A DNA stretch of 64,000 bases, taken from the NCBI GenBank assembly GCA_000004695.1, contig CM000152.2, positions 4,384,001 to 4,448,000 on the forward strand, read 5' to 3'. Position 1 is the stretch's first letter; each line of letters begins with the position of its first letter. The stretch comes from Dictyostelium discoideum (lineage: Eukaryota). This document shows positions 25,413-37,048 of the stretch, piece after piece. The position numbers and the translations under genes are program-made. Under the pieces are notes generated by a model that ran no database searches, had not been told where the DNA came from, and saw only the letters and a program-made list of their open reading frames with translations.

Positions 25413-25482
25413 TTGAATGATGAAACAAACAGACCTGATCTGAACAGTCAATGTTGACCAAAACTAAGAAGTTCTGACTCAA
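25413..25482 (+). ncRNA. Candidate box C/D snoRNA (about 70 nt), about 200 nt downstream of the first candidate, same orientation
   Basis: 5' TTGA-ATGATGA (C box at 25417-25423)...CTGA (25435-25438, D'-like)...CTGA (D at 25474-25477)-c-TCAA 3', with terminal stem TTGA/TCAA. Confidence 0.3.
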
Positions 25483-26113
25483 ACATTTAAAAATATATTA
25501 TTTTTTCAGGCGAAAAATATATACTCTTTTTTTAAAAATAATTCGAATACTAATCGTGTTTTCTTTTTAAAAAAATAGGTTTTTCGTTATTTAAAAAATA
25601 TTGTTTTCTTTGTTTAAAAATTATTGTTTTTTTTTTTTGTTCAAAAAATTATTTTTTTCTTAATTTAAAAATGCTTAATAAAAATTTAAATTTTATTTTC
25701 TTTAAAAAAAATCCCGCGTCAACTTTATTTTTTATTTTATAATGATTTTTATTATTTTTTACTTGTTAATTTAATAAATTGCCGTATTCGAGTTTAAATT
25801 TCCTGATGATATGAATGTTAATTGTCATTGAGGAATTTAATTCATTTATTGTTTTAATCTTTTTTTAAAAATATACACATTTAGTTTATTGTTTTTTAAT
25901 ATTTTTATTATTTTTTTTTTTTAATTTTTTGATTGAAAGATGTGTTCCAACTTTTTTTTTTTTTTCATTTTTTTTTTTATTTTTATGAAAATTTTTTATA
26001 ATTTTTTTTTATTTTTTTTTACCTTCCAACAAATGACAAAACAATAAGAAAAAAAAAAAAAAAAGAAAAACAAAAAAAAAAAAAAAACAAAAACAGATAA
26101 AAATAAAATTAAA

Positions 26114-26453
26114 ATGGAAGAAGAACAAGTTTATCAAAAAGCATATGAATGCTTTCAAAGAAAAGAATTTGAACAATCTTTAAAATTATTAAAAGAGATC
26201 AAAGAAAAGAACCAATATCAATCTACTGTAGAGATTCAAATGAATATATTAGTTGCAGAATTTTATAATAGAAATTGTTTAAATCATTTAAAATTAATTG
26301 AAGATTTAAATCAGTTATTAAAATCATTAGTAACAAATAAACAACATCAACCACAACAACAACCATCACAAGACAATTCATCACCAATATTATCATCAAC
26401 ATCAATAACATCACCACCACCACCAACCATTGGTTTAGATTCACAGCCACAAT

Positions 26454-26484
<31 letters not shown>

Positions 26485-27017
26485 ATCAACAACATCAACA
26501 ACATCAACAACACAAACACAAACAATTAATGATTTACTTGACAATGAACAAGCATTAATATTATATAATCAAGCAGTTATTTATTTTAATATTAAACAAC
26601 ATGGATCAAGTTATAAAATATTAGAACAACTTTTTTCACAGGTTTTATCTTTTGATGACTTTTTAGGCATTAGAATTTGTTTACTCTTTATAAATGTTAC
26701 AATAGAAGGTCAACTTTATGATAAGGCATATTCTATTTTACTTTTTTTAGATAAATCTTTTGACCATTTTTTTTATATTAGTGGCGATAATGAACAAACA
26801 AATAACAATAACTATCAAAATACACAAATGACTCCAACTGAATTTAAATTTTTAATTCATTTTTATAAATCTAAAATTTATTTATTATCCAATTTACATT
26901 ATTTAAAAGCATATGAAGATATTGAAAAAGCATTAGAATTAAGTTTAAAGGTAAATAATTTAATTTAATTTTTATTTTATTTTATTTTATATTATTTTTA
27001 TATTTATTAACAAAGAA

Positions 27018-27048
<31 letters not shown>

Positions 27049-28237
27049 TTTTTAAAAAAAATAATAATAATAGATTGACTATTCACCATTAATAGGATCA
27101 TGTAATTCATTAAAAGCAAATTACTTTAGTATGAAATTAGATACACAAAATACAATAAAACATTTATTATCATCAAATATATCATCAACAACAACAACAA
27201 CAACAACAACAACAAACTCAATAGTAAAATCATCACTTTCATTTGGTAATGATTTAATTATGGAGTCAATAACACCAGGTATCTTTTATAATAATATTGG
27301 TTCATTACATTTTAATATTCAAGATTATACATTAGCAAATTATTATTTTTCAAAGTCATTAAAAGAAACACAACCAACTTCAACTTCTTCAACAACTGCC
27401 ACAGCAACCACAACCACAACACCACAAACATTAATATCAACGGATAAAAGAGCTCAAGTATTTTTTAATACAGGTATAGTTTTAATGGCAAGTGGAAAGT
27501 ATGAATTAGCTTTCTCTTGTCTTCAAGAATCTTGTATTTTATTAAGATGTAGTCCTTTGGTTTGGTTAAGATTAGCTGAATGTTGTATATTAGCACATCA
27601 AAATAAATTAAAGGATAAATTATCACAATCAGATAATTCTACTACTGATGATGATAATAGTAATAATAATATTGATGGTTCTATAGAAAAAGATAATGAA
27701 AAGGATACTAGCGAAAAGGATAATATTAGATATAGGCAATCACAAACACAAACACAAACACAAACACAATCACAATCACAATCACAATCACAATCACAAT
27801 CACAATCACAATCACAATCACAAACACAAACACAATCTCAACCTCAACAAACTCAACAACATCAACAACAACAACCACAACAACAACCACCACAACAACA
27901 ATCACAATCACAACCTGAAGTTAATGATAACTTTGAAAGTAATATAGAGAAAATTAAAGGAAAAGAGGATGAAGAAGATGAAGAAGAATTAATTTTTGGT
28001 AGAATTAAAATTTTAAATGATTCTATTTTATTACCAATCGTAAGTGGTCTTCATAAAGGTCTTCAAATTGGTGATAGTGATGTTGTTCAATCTAGTCTTT
28101 CAGCTTCTGATGATATGGAAGAGTCTTTAAGTAGACTTGGTACTTTATCACTAGACTTTGCAAATAAATGTTTAAGAAATGCTCATTACTTGGAAAAATT
28201 AATTTTACAAAAAAAGTCTGAAAGAAATCAATCAAAA

Positions 28238-28327
<90 letters not shown>

Positions 28328-28516
28328 CAAAATAATGAAGATAGAGAAATGGAAAATGAAGATGAATTATTTCAAGAATATCATAATGATTTATTATTAT
28401 CAATTTTAGCATCACAAGCATATGTTTCACTTTGTACACGTAACCCTATTTTAGCATTATCGGCATCTCAACAAATTTTGAATATTTATTCACAGAATGA
28501 AATTAATAATAAAAAT

Positions 28517-28554
<38 letters not shown>

Positions 28555-29041
28555 TACAACGATACCAATTAATCCGAAATATAAATATTATGCACATTTA
28601 TATGCAACCGAAGCATGTTTATTTTTAAATTTACAAAAACAAGCAATTCAATTTCTATCTTTAGATTTTATTCAACAATTACAACAACAACATCAACAAT
28701 ATCAACAACAACAGCAACAACAACAGCAACAACAACATACATCTTTAGCATTGGATTTGGAATCATCTAGTACACTTTATTTAAATCTGGCAATAGCTCA
28801 TTTAATTAATAATGATTTTGAAAGTGCAGAGATATCAATCCAACAGTTACAATCTTATTTGGTAAATCAATACAACCAATATCATAATTTTTATAGTCAA
28901 AATCAACAAATGATTCAATTGCAACAACTATATGAAATTTCAAAAAAAATTAATTTATTAAAAGTTTATATCGAGTTAAGAAAAGGAAATACAGAAAATG
29001 CATTAAATATAATTTTAAGTGGAAGACCTTCTCCAAATTAA
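26114..29041 (+). CDS. TPR-like helical repeat protein, about 920 aa, 2 exons: join(26114..26950, 27074..29041). Possibly CNOT10-like (CCR4-NOT subunit 10).
   Basis: ORFs 26114..26968 and 27131..29041 join in frame across a 123-nt intron (AAAG|GTAAAT...AATAATAG). TPR-like segments (GIFYNNIGSLHFNIQDYTLANYYFSKSLKE; VFFNTGIVLMASGKYELAFSCLQESCILLRCSPLVWLRLAECCILAHQ; the last resembles a CNOT10 signature as I recall it). Multiple coding microsatellites: (CAAACA)n/(CAATCA)n, (AAT)n, (CAA)n. Confidence 0.6.
27741..27838 (+). repeat. Compound hexanucleotide coding repeat (CAAACA)n(CAATCA)n encoding (TQ)n(SQ)n
   Basis: Direct tandem hexamers within the CDS. Confidence 0.9.
28239..28326 (+). repeat. 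(AAT)n coding microsatellite (poly-N, about 29 units)
   Basis: Direct tandem repeat in the CDS. Confidence 0.95.
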
Positions 29042-29343
29042 TTATTGGTTTTATAATTTTTTAAAAAATAAATATTCTAATTCCTTTTTTTTCTTAATAT
29101 TTTAAACATAATTACTTTTTTTTTTTTTTAATTTTGGTTTATGGTTTTATGTGGAATTCATATTCTTTATAATAACTTTTGAACATAATACAAATTTTAT
29201 GGAATATAAATTCTAATTTTGGTAGATAATCTTGTTTATTTATAGTGGCTAAAACATAGAAAGACCAAATTACATAAATTTTCATTTTTAAAAAAAATAT
29301 TAAAAAACCAGATCATGTTAAAATTTTTATAAAACATAAAAAA

Positions 29344-29414
29344 GCGTATGTGGTCTAGTGGTATGATGCATCCCTGCCACGGATGCGAACTGGGTTCGAT
29401 TCCCAGCATACGCA
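29344..29414 (+). tRNA. tRNA-Gly (anticodon GCC), 71 nt, identical to the copy at 16356..16426
   Basis: GCGTATG-TG-GTCTAGTGGTATGAT-GCATCCCTGCCACGGATGC-GAA-CTGGGTTCGATTCCCAG-CATACGC-A. Canonical cloverleaf, anticodon loop CT-GCC-AC. Confidence 0.95.
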
Positions 29415-29445
29415 CAAATTTTAAATGCCTGATTTATTAGATCAA

Positions 29446-29458
29446 CTGTTCAACTCCC
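29446..29458 (+). promoter_or_regulatory. External B box (ex-B) about 32 bp downstream of tRNA-Gly
   Basis: CTGTTCAACTCCC matches the B-box consensus GGTTCGANTCC, in the position typical for Dictyostelium ex-B boxes. Confidence 0.5.
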
Positions 29459-29763
29459 ATTGAGATCGGTATATTATTTATTTTTTTTTGGTAATATATT
29501 CCGTAGGAACCTGATAAAAAAAAAAAAAAAAAAAAAAAAAAAACTAAATCGTATGATTTAACCAAGATTACACAAAAAAATTCCTTGAAGGTCTGATGAA
29601 GATTAAAGAAAAAAAAAAAAAAAAAAATTAATTATTCATTTCTAATGATAAGTTTTTCAAGATTAATAAATTTTTTTACAATCTTGTGTTTATAATTAAA
29701 AACTAATTATTGATTAATGCGTGATATTTATATTTTTTTTATTTTTTTATTTATTATTTTATT

Positions 29764-30423
29764 TTATGAAATTAATCTAATACAATCATAAGATAAATAA
29801 AATAAATTTGAATTTGTTGGATCTTTTACTAATAAAAATGTTTGATGAAATTGATGTTGAGATGTAGTTTTGTATGTGACTTTACCAGTTGCGGTAATTA
29901 AAATATTTGGGTTTTCTTTATCATCACTTGGGACTGGTTGTGCATCAAAAGTTTCAACGACATGAACTGAGTTTGGTATCTCTGCTAATAATTTCCCTAT
30001 ATGTTCTGGTCCTTTACATTCTGTACCATTCCAAATTGATACACTATGATCTTTATAAAGTCCAATTAAATCTGCTCTTGATGAATCATATTTTGGATAA
30101 TAAAATTCCTAATGTGTGTTGAAATAATAAAAAAAAAGATGAATTTTGATTTGAAAATAAACCAAGTTTAAAAATCATAATTTATTATTATCATCAAATT
30201 AAATTGTTTCATTATTGTTTTTTTATTTAAAAATTAGAATTTATTTTATTAATTATTATTATTATTACTAATTATTGTTATTATTATAGTTTCAATCAGA
30301 AAAAAAAAAAAAAAGGTGATTTCAATATACTTTTATAAAAACTTCTGCTCTTGGCGTTATAGTTTCGACAATCTTTTTTAATTTTGCATCTACATTCCCA
30401 TTTGTTGGGCTGTTATCATTATG

Positions 30424-30454
<31 letters not shown>

Positions 30455-30489
30455 GGGTTATTATTAAAAGTATTTTTTCTAAATGACAT
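29764..30489 (-). CDS. NTF2-like (nuclear transport factor 2 family) protein, about 163 aa, 2 exons: complement join(30343..30489, 29764..30108)
   Basis: Exon 2 translates to EFYYPKYDSSRADLIGLYKDHSVSIWNGTECKGPEHIGKLLAEIPNSVHVVETFDAQPVPSDDKENPNILITATGKVTYKTTSQHQFHQTFLLVKDPTNSNLFYLSYDCIRLIS. It aligns by eye with NTF2 (FYYxxFDxxRxxLxxLYxxxSxLxWEGxxxxGxxxIxxKLxxLP...HxIxxxDxQP...ILIxVxGxL...FxQxFxLxxxx...FxNDxFRL). Exon 1 (MSF...poly-N...IVETITPRAE) joins via donor GTTTTT and acceptor ...CATTAG. Total length is a multiple of 3. Confidence 0.7.
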
Positions 30490-30539
30490 CTTTTATTTTA
30501 TTGGTATTATATATATATAGTTTGGGTTATTATTGAAAG

Positions 30540-30578
<39 letters not shown>

Positions 30579-31469
30579 ATATGTATGAAAATAAACGAAA
30601 GATGTAAATTTGAAAAAAAAAAAAAAAAAAAAAAAAAAATAAAAAAAAATAAAAAAAAAATAAAAAAATTTTAATTGAAAAATTTTAAAGAGAGGAAACC
30701 CGTCAAAATAAGAAAATTGAAATTATTAATATTTTTTTTTTTGGTAAAAAAAAAAAAAAAAAATAAAAAAAAAAAAAAAAGTGTTTAATTTTTTTAAAAA
30801 AATTAAAATTACAAATTTAAAATTAAAAAAAGATAAAAAGGTTATCAAGTTCAAATAAAAACAAAAAAATATCCTTTTAATGAAAAAACAGCAGCATTTA
30901 ATTTTTTTTTTTTTTTTTTGAAAAAGAAAAAAGAAAAAATAAAAATAAAAACTTCACATTTACAATTTAAGTAATTACTGAGACCAAAGGTTTTCCTTTT
31001 TGTTTTTTTTTTATTTTAATTGTTGTTATAATGATTTTATAATTAAAAAAATAAAAAACAATCAAAATATTTTGGGGTTTTGGTTTTTCATTTTTTTTTA
31101 CCAAAATAGTTTAAAAGATTCAAAAATTACTAATTTAGAATAAAAAAAAAAAAAAACAAAAAACATTTTTTAAAAAAAATAAAAATAAATAAAAAAAAAA
31201 AACAAAAAATAAAAAAAAAAAAAAACACCGTATGGAAATATGAAATATTTTTTTAGTTTAAAAAATTTTAATTATTAAAAAAAAAAAAAGTTTAAATAAT
31301 TTCAAATATTTAAAACAAATAAATTGACTGGACAAAAATTTTATCATATTTAAAAAATTAAGATATTTATTGGATAAAAAAACAATAAAAATAAATAAAA
31401 AAAAAAATAGAACAAAAAAAAAAAAAAAAAAATAAAAAAAATAAAAAAAAAAAAAAAAAAAACCCAACA

Positions 31470-32002
31470 ATGTATAATTTTAATACAATTGAAAAAGTAT
31501 TAAAAAGTATAGGAAAACCACAATCATATAAAATTTCATCATCTCCATCGTCTTCATTGTCATTAAAATCACCCTATTGTATGGGTGCAAGTTGTCAAAT
31601 GATAACTTCAACATCTCATATACCATCTGTTGTTTTAAAAAATCATAATTCAATTTTACCTTTTGTAAAAGAAGAATGTCCTCATTATTTACAAAATAGA
31701 ATTAAATTATATTCTTCACATCCAACACCAACCGATGGAGTATCACAACCTTTTTCATTATATAAAAATAAACTATTATTTAATAATAATAATAATTTTA
31801 TACCTGCAAATAGATTATACTCCACTTCAATAAATAATTATAAAATTTCCCCAAATTATAATGAAAATAATAAAAATAATATTCCAAATACAATTTTTAA
31901 TACAAATAAAAATAATAATAAAAATAAACAAACAAAAGTGTTGTTTAAAAATCCTGATAATACATTTTTATATAAAAATAATAGAAATCAATCAACATCA
32001 TC

Positions 32003-32046
<44 letters not shown>

Positions 32047-32561
32047 CACAACCACCACAACAGAGTCATTTTGAATTACCTACAGCATGTTCAATTTCTG
32101 ATCATAGTTTAATTGTTGAACCTAGTGAAGAATATAAAAATTGTGTTAGATTTGAAACACCAAAATCAAGTTATGTTCATGAAATTATTGAAGGTATACT
32201 TCCAAAAGAGCTTGTGTCTGGTTCAAGAATGATTACACCAAGTGAGCCTCATTGTATCTATGTAAATTTTACATCTGCTGTGAAAGCTTATCAAGCTGAT
32301 CAATATATTAGACAATGGAGTGAAAAGAATTTACCCTCTTTGAAATCAATGTTAGTGAGACAATCTTTGGATACTTTCTTTCCATATGAAAAATCAAAAA
32401 TTGAAAAGGTAAACAATTATTATACCACAAAATATGATACAACATTTACTTCAAATTTATTACAACAAAATCGATTTGACATTGAAAATGTAAATTATAT
32501 TAATGTATGTTTTATTTTTCTTTTTTCTTTTTTATTTTTTTAATTTTTCTTTACACCTTTT

Positions 32562-32611
<50 letters not shown>

Positions 32612-33045
32612 TAAATCTAATTTTTTTTAATCTTAAATTTTTTTTTTGATATCATTTGATATATTTTTTTTTTAATTATTTATTGTTCTTTTTTTATTTA
32701 TTTTATATAATATTTTATATAAAATGTTTTTTTTATTTTTTTATTTTTTTTTTTTGATTATAGTTTCCAGAATATCCAGTTCCAAAATTCAAATTAATCA
32801 ATAATAAAAATGAATGTGATAAATTAGTAACTGAATTATTATTAAATGGAAAACCAATTAATTCAATTTCAAATGAAGATGAAATGGTATTTAGTTTTGA
32901 TTTACAATATAGACATATTGATAATAAACCAAATACTGTTCATTTCTATGTTTTAACATTATCAAATGGTAAAAATAATTTAATCCTCAATTTAGATTCA
33001 TTAAATGGTATTCCAAAAATTGTTTCAAAAATTTTTAATTCACCT
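31470..33045 (+). CDS. Hypothetical protein, partial (3' part lost in the assembly gap): join(31470..32504, 32764..33045..>). Exon 2 resembles a DEDD 3'-5' exonuclease domain start.
   Basis: ORF 31470..32543 ends at a GTATGT donor (32505). Exon 2 begins after ...TTGATTATAG, in frame with ORF 32884... Exon 2: KLINNKNECDKLVTELLLNGKPINSISNEDEMVFSFDLQY...PNTVHFYVLTLSNGKNNLILNLDSLNGIPKIVSKIFNSP resembles the Exo I block of Mut-7/WRN-type 3'-5' exonuclease domains. It ends at a second GTATGT donor (33046). The gene then runs into the N gap. Confidence 0.45.
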
Positions 33046-33052
33046 GTATGTA

Positions 33053-33113
<61 letters not shown>

Positions 33114-33158
33114 AAATAAAAAATAATGATTAATTTGAATTTTGAAACTAAATATTCT

Positions 33159-33258
33159 NNNNNNNNNNNNNNNNNNNNNNNNNNNNNNNNNNNNNNNNNN
33201 NNNNNNNNNNNNNNNNNNNNNNNNNNNNNNNNNNNNNNNNNNNNNNNNNNNNNNNNNN
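33159..33258. other. Assembly gap (100 N)
   Basis: Run of exactly 100 n characters, flanked by a (TTCATT/TTTCAT)n hexamer-like repeat on the right. Confidence 1.
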
Positions 33259-34661
33259 TTCATTTTCATTTTCATTTTTATTTTCATTTTCATTTCATCT
33301 TCATTTTCATTTTCATTTCATTTTTTTTCATTTTCATTTTCATTTCAATTTCATTTTCATTTTCATTTTCACTATTAGCAACTTGAGTGGAAGTTTGTTC
33401 AATATATTGACTGAATTCTATAAAACCATTAATGATAGCATTTATTGTTTCAAGTGAAATTTCAAATCCTTTTGTTTTTGTTAATATCTCTATATTGTTT
33501 AATGTAACGATTGCATTTGCTTCAAATTCTTTTGAATAATTTTCTAAATATTGATCCCATTCATATTTGGTTGATTTTGGTGAATTAACTGTAGTTGAAT
33601 TGTTATTATTATTATTATTATTAATATTTTGTTTAAAACTTGATTTTAAATAAGACATTAATCTTTGAGAACGATCAGAATGATTTCTATTTAAAGTTAA
33701 ATGACTATCAATTTTTAAAACTGTATTAATTGGTAAAGTATTTATATCTGGAAAAGATGTATCAGTTTCCATGTTATTAATTATATTCTCTGAAATATAT
33801 TTAATACAATATTGTTGTAATGATTCAATTGGTGCTATTAATTGAATCTTTGAAGGGGTTGCTAATGTATGAAATTTACCACATGATACTTTATCAATTA
33901 CAATCTTATTCTTTTTTAATGATTGAATGAACTGTGGTGAAAATTGATTTCTTGCCCCATCATAATGTGATAATTCATTAAAATGATATTGAAATTCTAA
34001 CATTTCTTCTTCAGTTAGTATTCCTTTATCATTAATTCCTTGACTATCTTTATCATTGTCGTCGTCATCATGGTGGTCATCATCACTATGGTCGCTTTCA
34101 TCATCATCATCATGGTTATCTTTGTTTTTATTTGTATGTTTAGTTTCATTATTTTCATTTTTATCTTTAATTTCAAAATTTATTAATTGACTTGTTGGTT
34201 TATTAAATTTAATATTTTCACTAATGATTGTTTCATCTTTTGTAGTATCAACTTTGAATTGAATAGTTTGAAAACCACCCTCACCATTACCAAGTGCCAC
34301 AGACATCCTAATGTCATCACTAACTACTAATCCACCACCCATTACTATTAATTCACCATTATTTGTTACAAATGCACTATGATAAGCACCTGATGATATA
34401 TGTTTAATCTCTACCAATGGTAATTCAATTAATATTGGTTCAGTTGAATAATCAATACCTTCAATACCTAATTGACCATTTAAATTTTCACCCCAACCAT
34501 AAACTTGATTTTGATAACCATCTAATGCTAATGAATTATAATATCCTGATGATATTTCAATTATATTTCTTAATTGTTTTAATTTCTTTGGTATAATAAT
34601 ATTAAATTGTTCTTCCCCTTCTTCTTCTTCTACTACTTTTTCTACTACTTTTTCTTTAATT

Positions 34662-34744
<83 letters not shown>

Positions 34745-35250
34745 AAATTCATCATAATGACCAGTTGAAATACCTCCACCATTTGAATAAACTTCACCTC
34801 TGTTTGTTAAGTATAAATAATGATTTACACCACATGCTACAGATTGAATTTCAATATTATTTTCAATAAAGTAATCTACTGGTTTAGGTTCATTATTAAA
34901 ATTAAAACCTATGAATGCAATACCATTATGTGATACTCCAATTGAATTATTTAATGAACAATCGATTGCTTTAATTGGATATTGAAATTTTAATAATCTT
35001 GGTATTAATGTATCAATACTTTTACCCCATTCCCAAACTTTACCTTGATCTGTAATTGCATATGACTGATTCCAACATGATACTGATACTATCTTTTCAT
35101 TCTCAAATTGTTTATTTAATATTGGTACTTTACTATACACTAATGAATTATTACCAAACTAAATTTTAAATTTTAAAAATTTTTTTTTTTTTTTTTTTTT
35201 TTATTATAAATTAATTATTATTTATTTATATGGTATTATTATTATTATTA

Positions 35251-35295
<45 letters not shown>

Positions 35296-35538
35296 TAAGA
35301 AAAAAAACTTACTTCAGCAGAACTATTTTCACCAAATACCCAACATCTATTTTTATTATCAATTGCTAATGAATGAGCTCTGCCAGCACAAAAATCAATA
35401 AATTCTATATCTTTTTCACCTTTTACTTCGGTTTCTTCTTCTTCTGAAAATATGTTTACTTGTTCACTATTTGAAATATTAAAATATAAAGGTTTTGGTG
35501 TTTTAATATCTGACAATGGAGAACCATGTCCTATTCTA

Positions 35539-35580
<42 letters not shown>

Positions 35581-35659
35581 AGTAAGAGTTTGATTAAAAT
35601 TAATTAAAAAAGAAAGAAATTAAAAATAATAAAACAATACCAGATCCCCAGCAATACAT
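33259..35659 (-). CDS. RCC1-repeat (regulator of chromosome condensation-like) protein, >700 aa, 3' end unresolved because of the gap: complement join(35641..35659, 35313..35539, <=33290..35158)
   Basis: ATG at 35657-35659 (MYCWGSG). Donor GTATTG, acceptor ...AAAAAAAG at 35540. Exon 2 encodes ...GRIGHGSPLSDIK... and ends at GTAAGT (35308-35313). Intron 2 carries (GATT)10 and (ATT)n. Exon 3 (ORF 33290..35140) has classic RCC1 blades (KVWEWGKS, VYSNGGGISTGHYDEF, VYGWGENLNGQLGIEG, LIVMGGGLVV). It has poly-N/poly-E/D low complexity. Its C-terminus, an (EN)n/(MK)n repeat, runs into the gap. Confidence 0.7.
34664..34741. repeat. (ATT)n microsatellite, coding poly-N on the minus strand
   Basis: Direct tandem repeat inside RCC1 exon 3. 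Confidence 0.95.
35256..35295. repeat. (GATT)10 tetranucleotide microsatellite in RCC1 intron 2
   Basis: Perfect GATT tandem repeat. Confidence 0.95.
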
Positions 35660-36382
35660 TGGAAGTAGTTTTAATTGTTTGTGATTATAAATAATAATAA
35701 TAAAAAAAAAAAAAAAAATTGAATTTTTTTTTTTTTTTTTTTTCAAAGAATCTTTTTGTTTGTTGACAAATGAACCCAAATTTTTTTTTTTTTTTTTTTT
35801 AGTTTATTTCTCTAATTTTAATTACTTCTAATTTTATATTTATTTTCATAAATTATTGTTTCATTAGAAATAAATTTTTTTTTTTTGTAATGGATCGAGT
35901 GTGGAAAGAAAAAAAAAAATTTTAAAAAAAATAAAGAAATGAAAAGTAAATTAATATAATTATCTTAATTGTCTTTATTTATTTTTTTAACTTGATTTTT
36001 TATTTATTTTTGATATGAATTTAGTAAACAAAAATGGACCACTCAAAAATAAACGAAATGATATGAAATAATTTTTTTTTTTTAAAAGTTTAAAAAAAAT
36101 TAAATCCAAAAAAATAAAAACTAATATGTATAAAAGAAGATAAAAATTATTTTAAAAAATATTGAGCTTTATTAGTTTATTGATTCTAAATATGTTACTA
36201 TTTTTTTTATTTCTGTACATGTGAAGACACATTTATATGTACCAGTAAGCGAGGCTGTAATAAAAACTTTGATTTAAACAGCCTAAATGTGTCCTAACAA
36301 AAAAATGTATCCATTGCAAAATACACAACTTTTTTTTCTTTTAAAAACGTGCATTTATTACAAAATACAAAAATTGGATTTG

Positions 36383-36506
36383 AATTGCCAGAAGCCATTT
36401 CAAACAAAAACATGTTATAAATCAAAATACCAAACTAATTAGAAAAAAAAAAGTTTGGTATTTTGATTTAAAACACGTTTTTGTTTTGAAATGGCTTCTG
36501 GCAATT
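36383..36506. repeat. Long near-perfect inverted repeat / hairpin (about 54-bp arms, 15-nt A-rich loop) flanked by about 40-bp direct repeats
   Basis: Left arm AATTGCCAGAAGCCATTTCAAACAAAAACATGTTATAAATCAAAATACCAAACT. Loop AATTAGAAAAAAAAA. Right arm AGTTTGGTATTTTGATTTAAAACACGTTTTTGTTTTGAAATGGCTTCTGGCAATT. About 3 mismatches or indels over 54 nt. Direct repeats CTTTGATTTAAAC...TGTGTCCTAACAAAAAAAT at 36267-36307 and CCTTGATTTAAAC...TGTGTCCAAAAAAAT at 36520-36559. Confidence 0.8.
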
Positions 36507-37048
36507 AAGAACAAGAAAACCTTGATTTAAACTGTTGCTATTATGTGTCCAAAAAAATCACACAAGTAACCACCAATCCTTTTCATTTAAGATATAAAAA
36601 AAAAAAAAAAAATAATGATTAAAATTAAAAAAAAAAAAAATTAAAAAAAAATAAAAAAAAAAAAAAGAAAAAAAAATAAAAAAAACGAGAACGAAATTCG
36701 AAGTGATTTGGAAAATGTAAAAAACAAATGAAATTTCAAGCCAATATTATTTTTTAAATATATAAGAAAAATAAAAAAAATAAAAAAACAAATAATTAAA
36801 AATAACATTATAAAAAAAAATAATAAAAAAAAGTGTGTGTGATAAAAAAGAAAATGATGATCAATATCCAAATTGGGGTTGTAGTTCGAACAGTGTTGAT
36901 AAAAAATTATTACAAAAAAAAAATAAAAAAAAAATAAAAAAAAAAAAAAAAAAAAAAAATGAAAAAACAAAAAAAAAAATTTTCAAAAATTTTTAAAATT
37001 TTTTTTTTTCACATTAATTACTATCATATTTATACCTACACACACAAA

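Noticed and set aside
26223-26544. Minus-strand ORFs (poly-L/M/V) inside the CNOT10-like CDS; similarly 27696..27947+, 27726..27911-, 28092..28439- (poly-Y), 20449..20757- (poly-V)
   Set aside because: Alternate-frame or antisense readings of the coding microsatellites (CAA)n, (CAATCA)n, (AAT)n.
32946-33386. ORFs spanning the N gap, translated with X residues
   Set aside because: Frame across a 100-N gap is meaningless; kept only as evidence that the flanking genes are incomplete.
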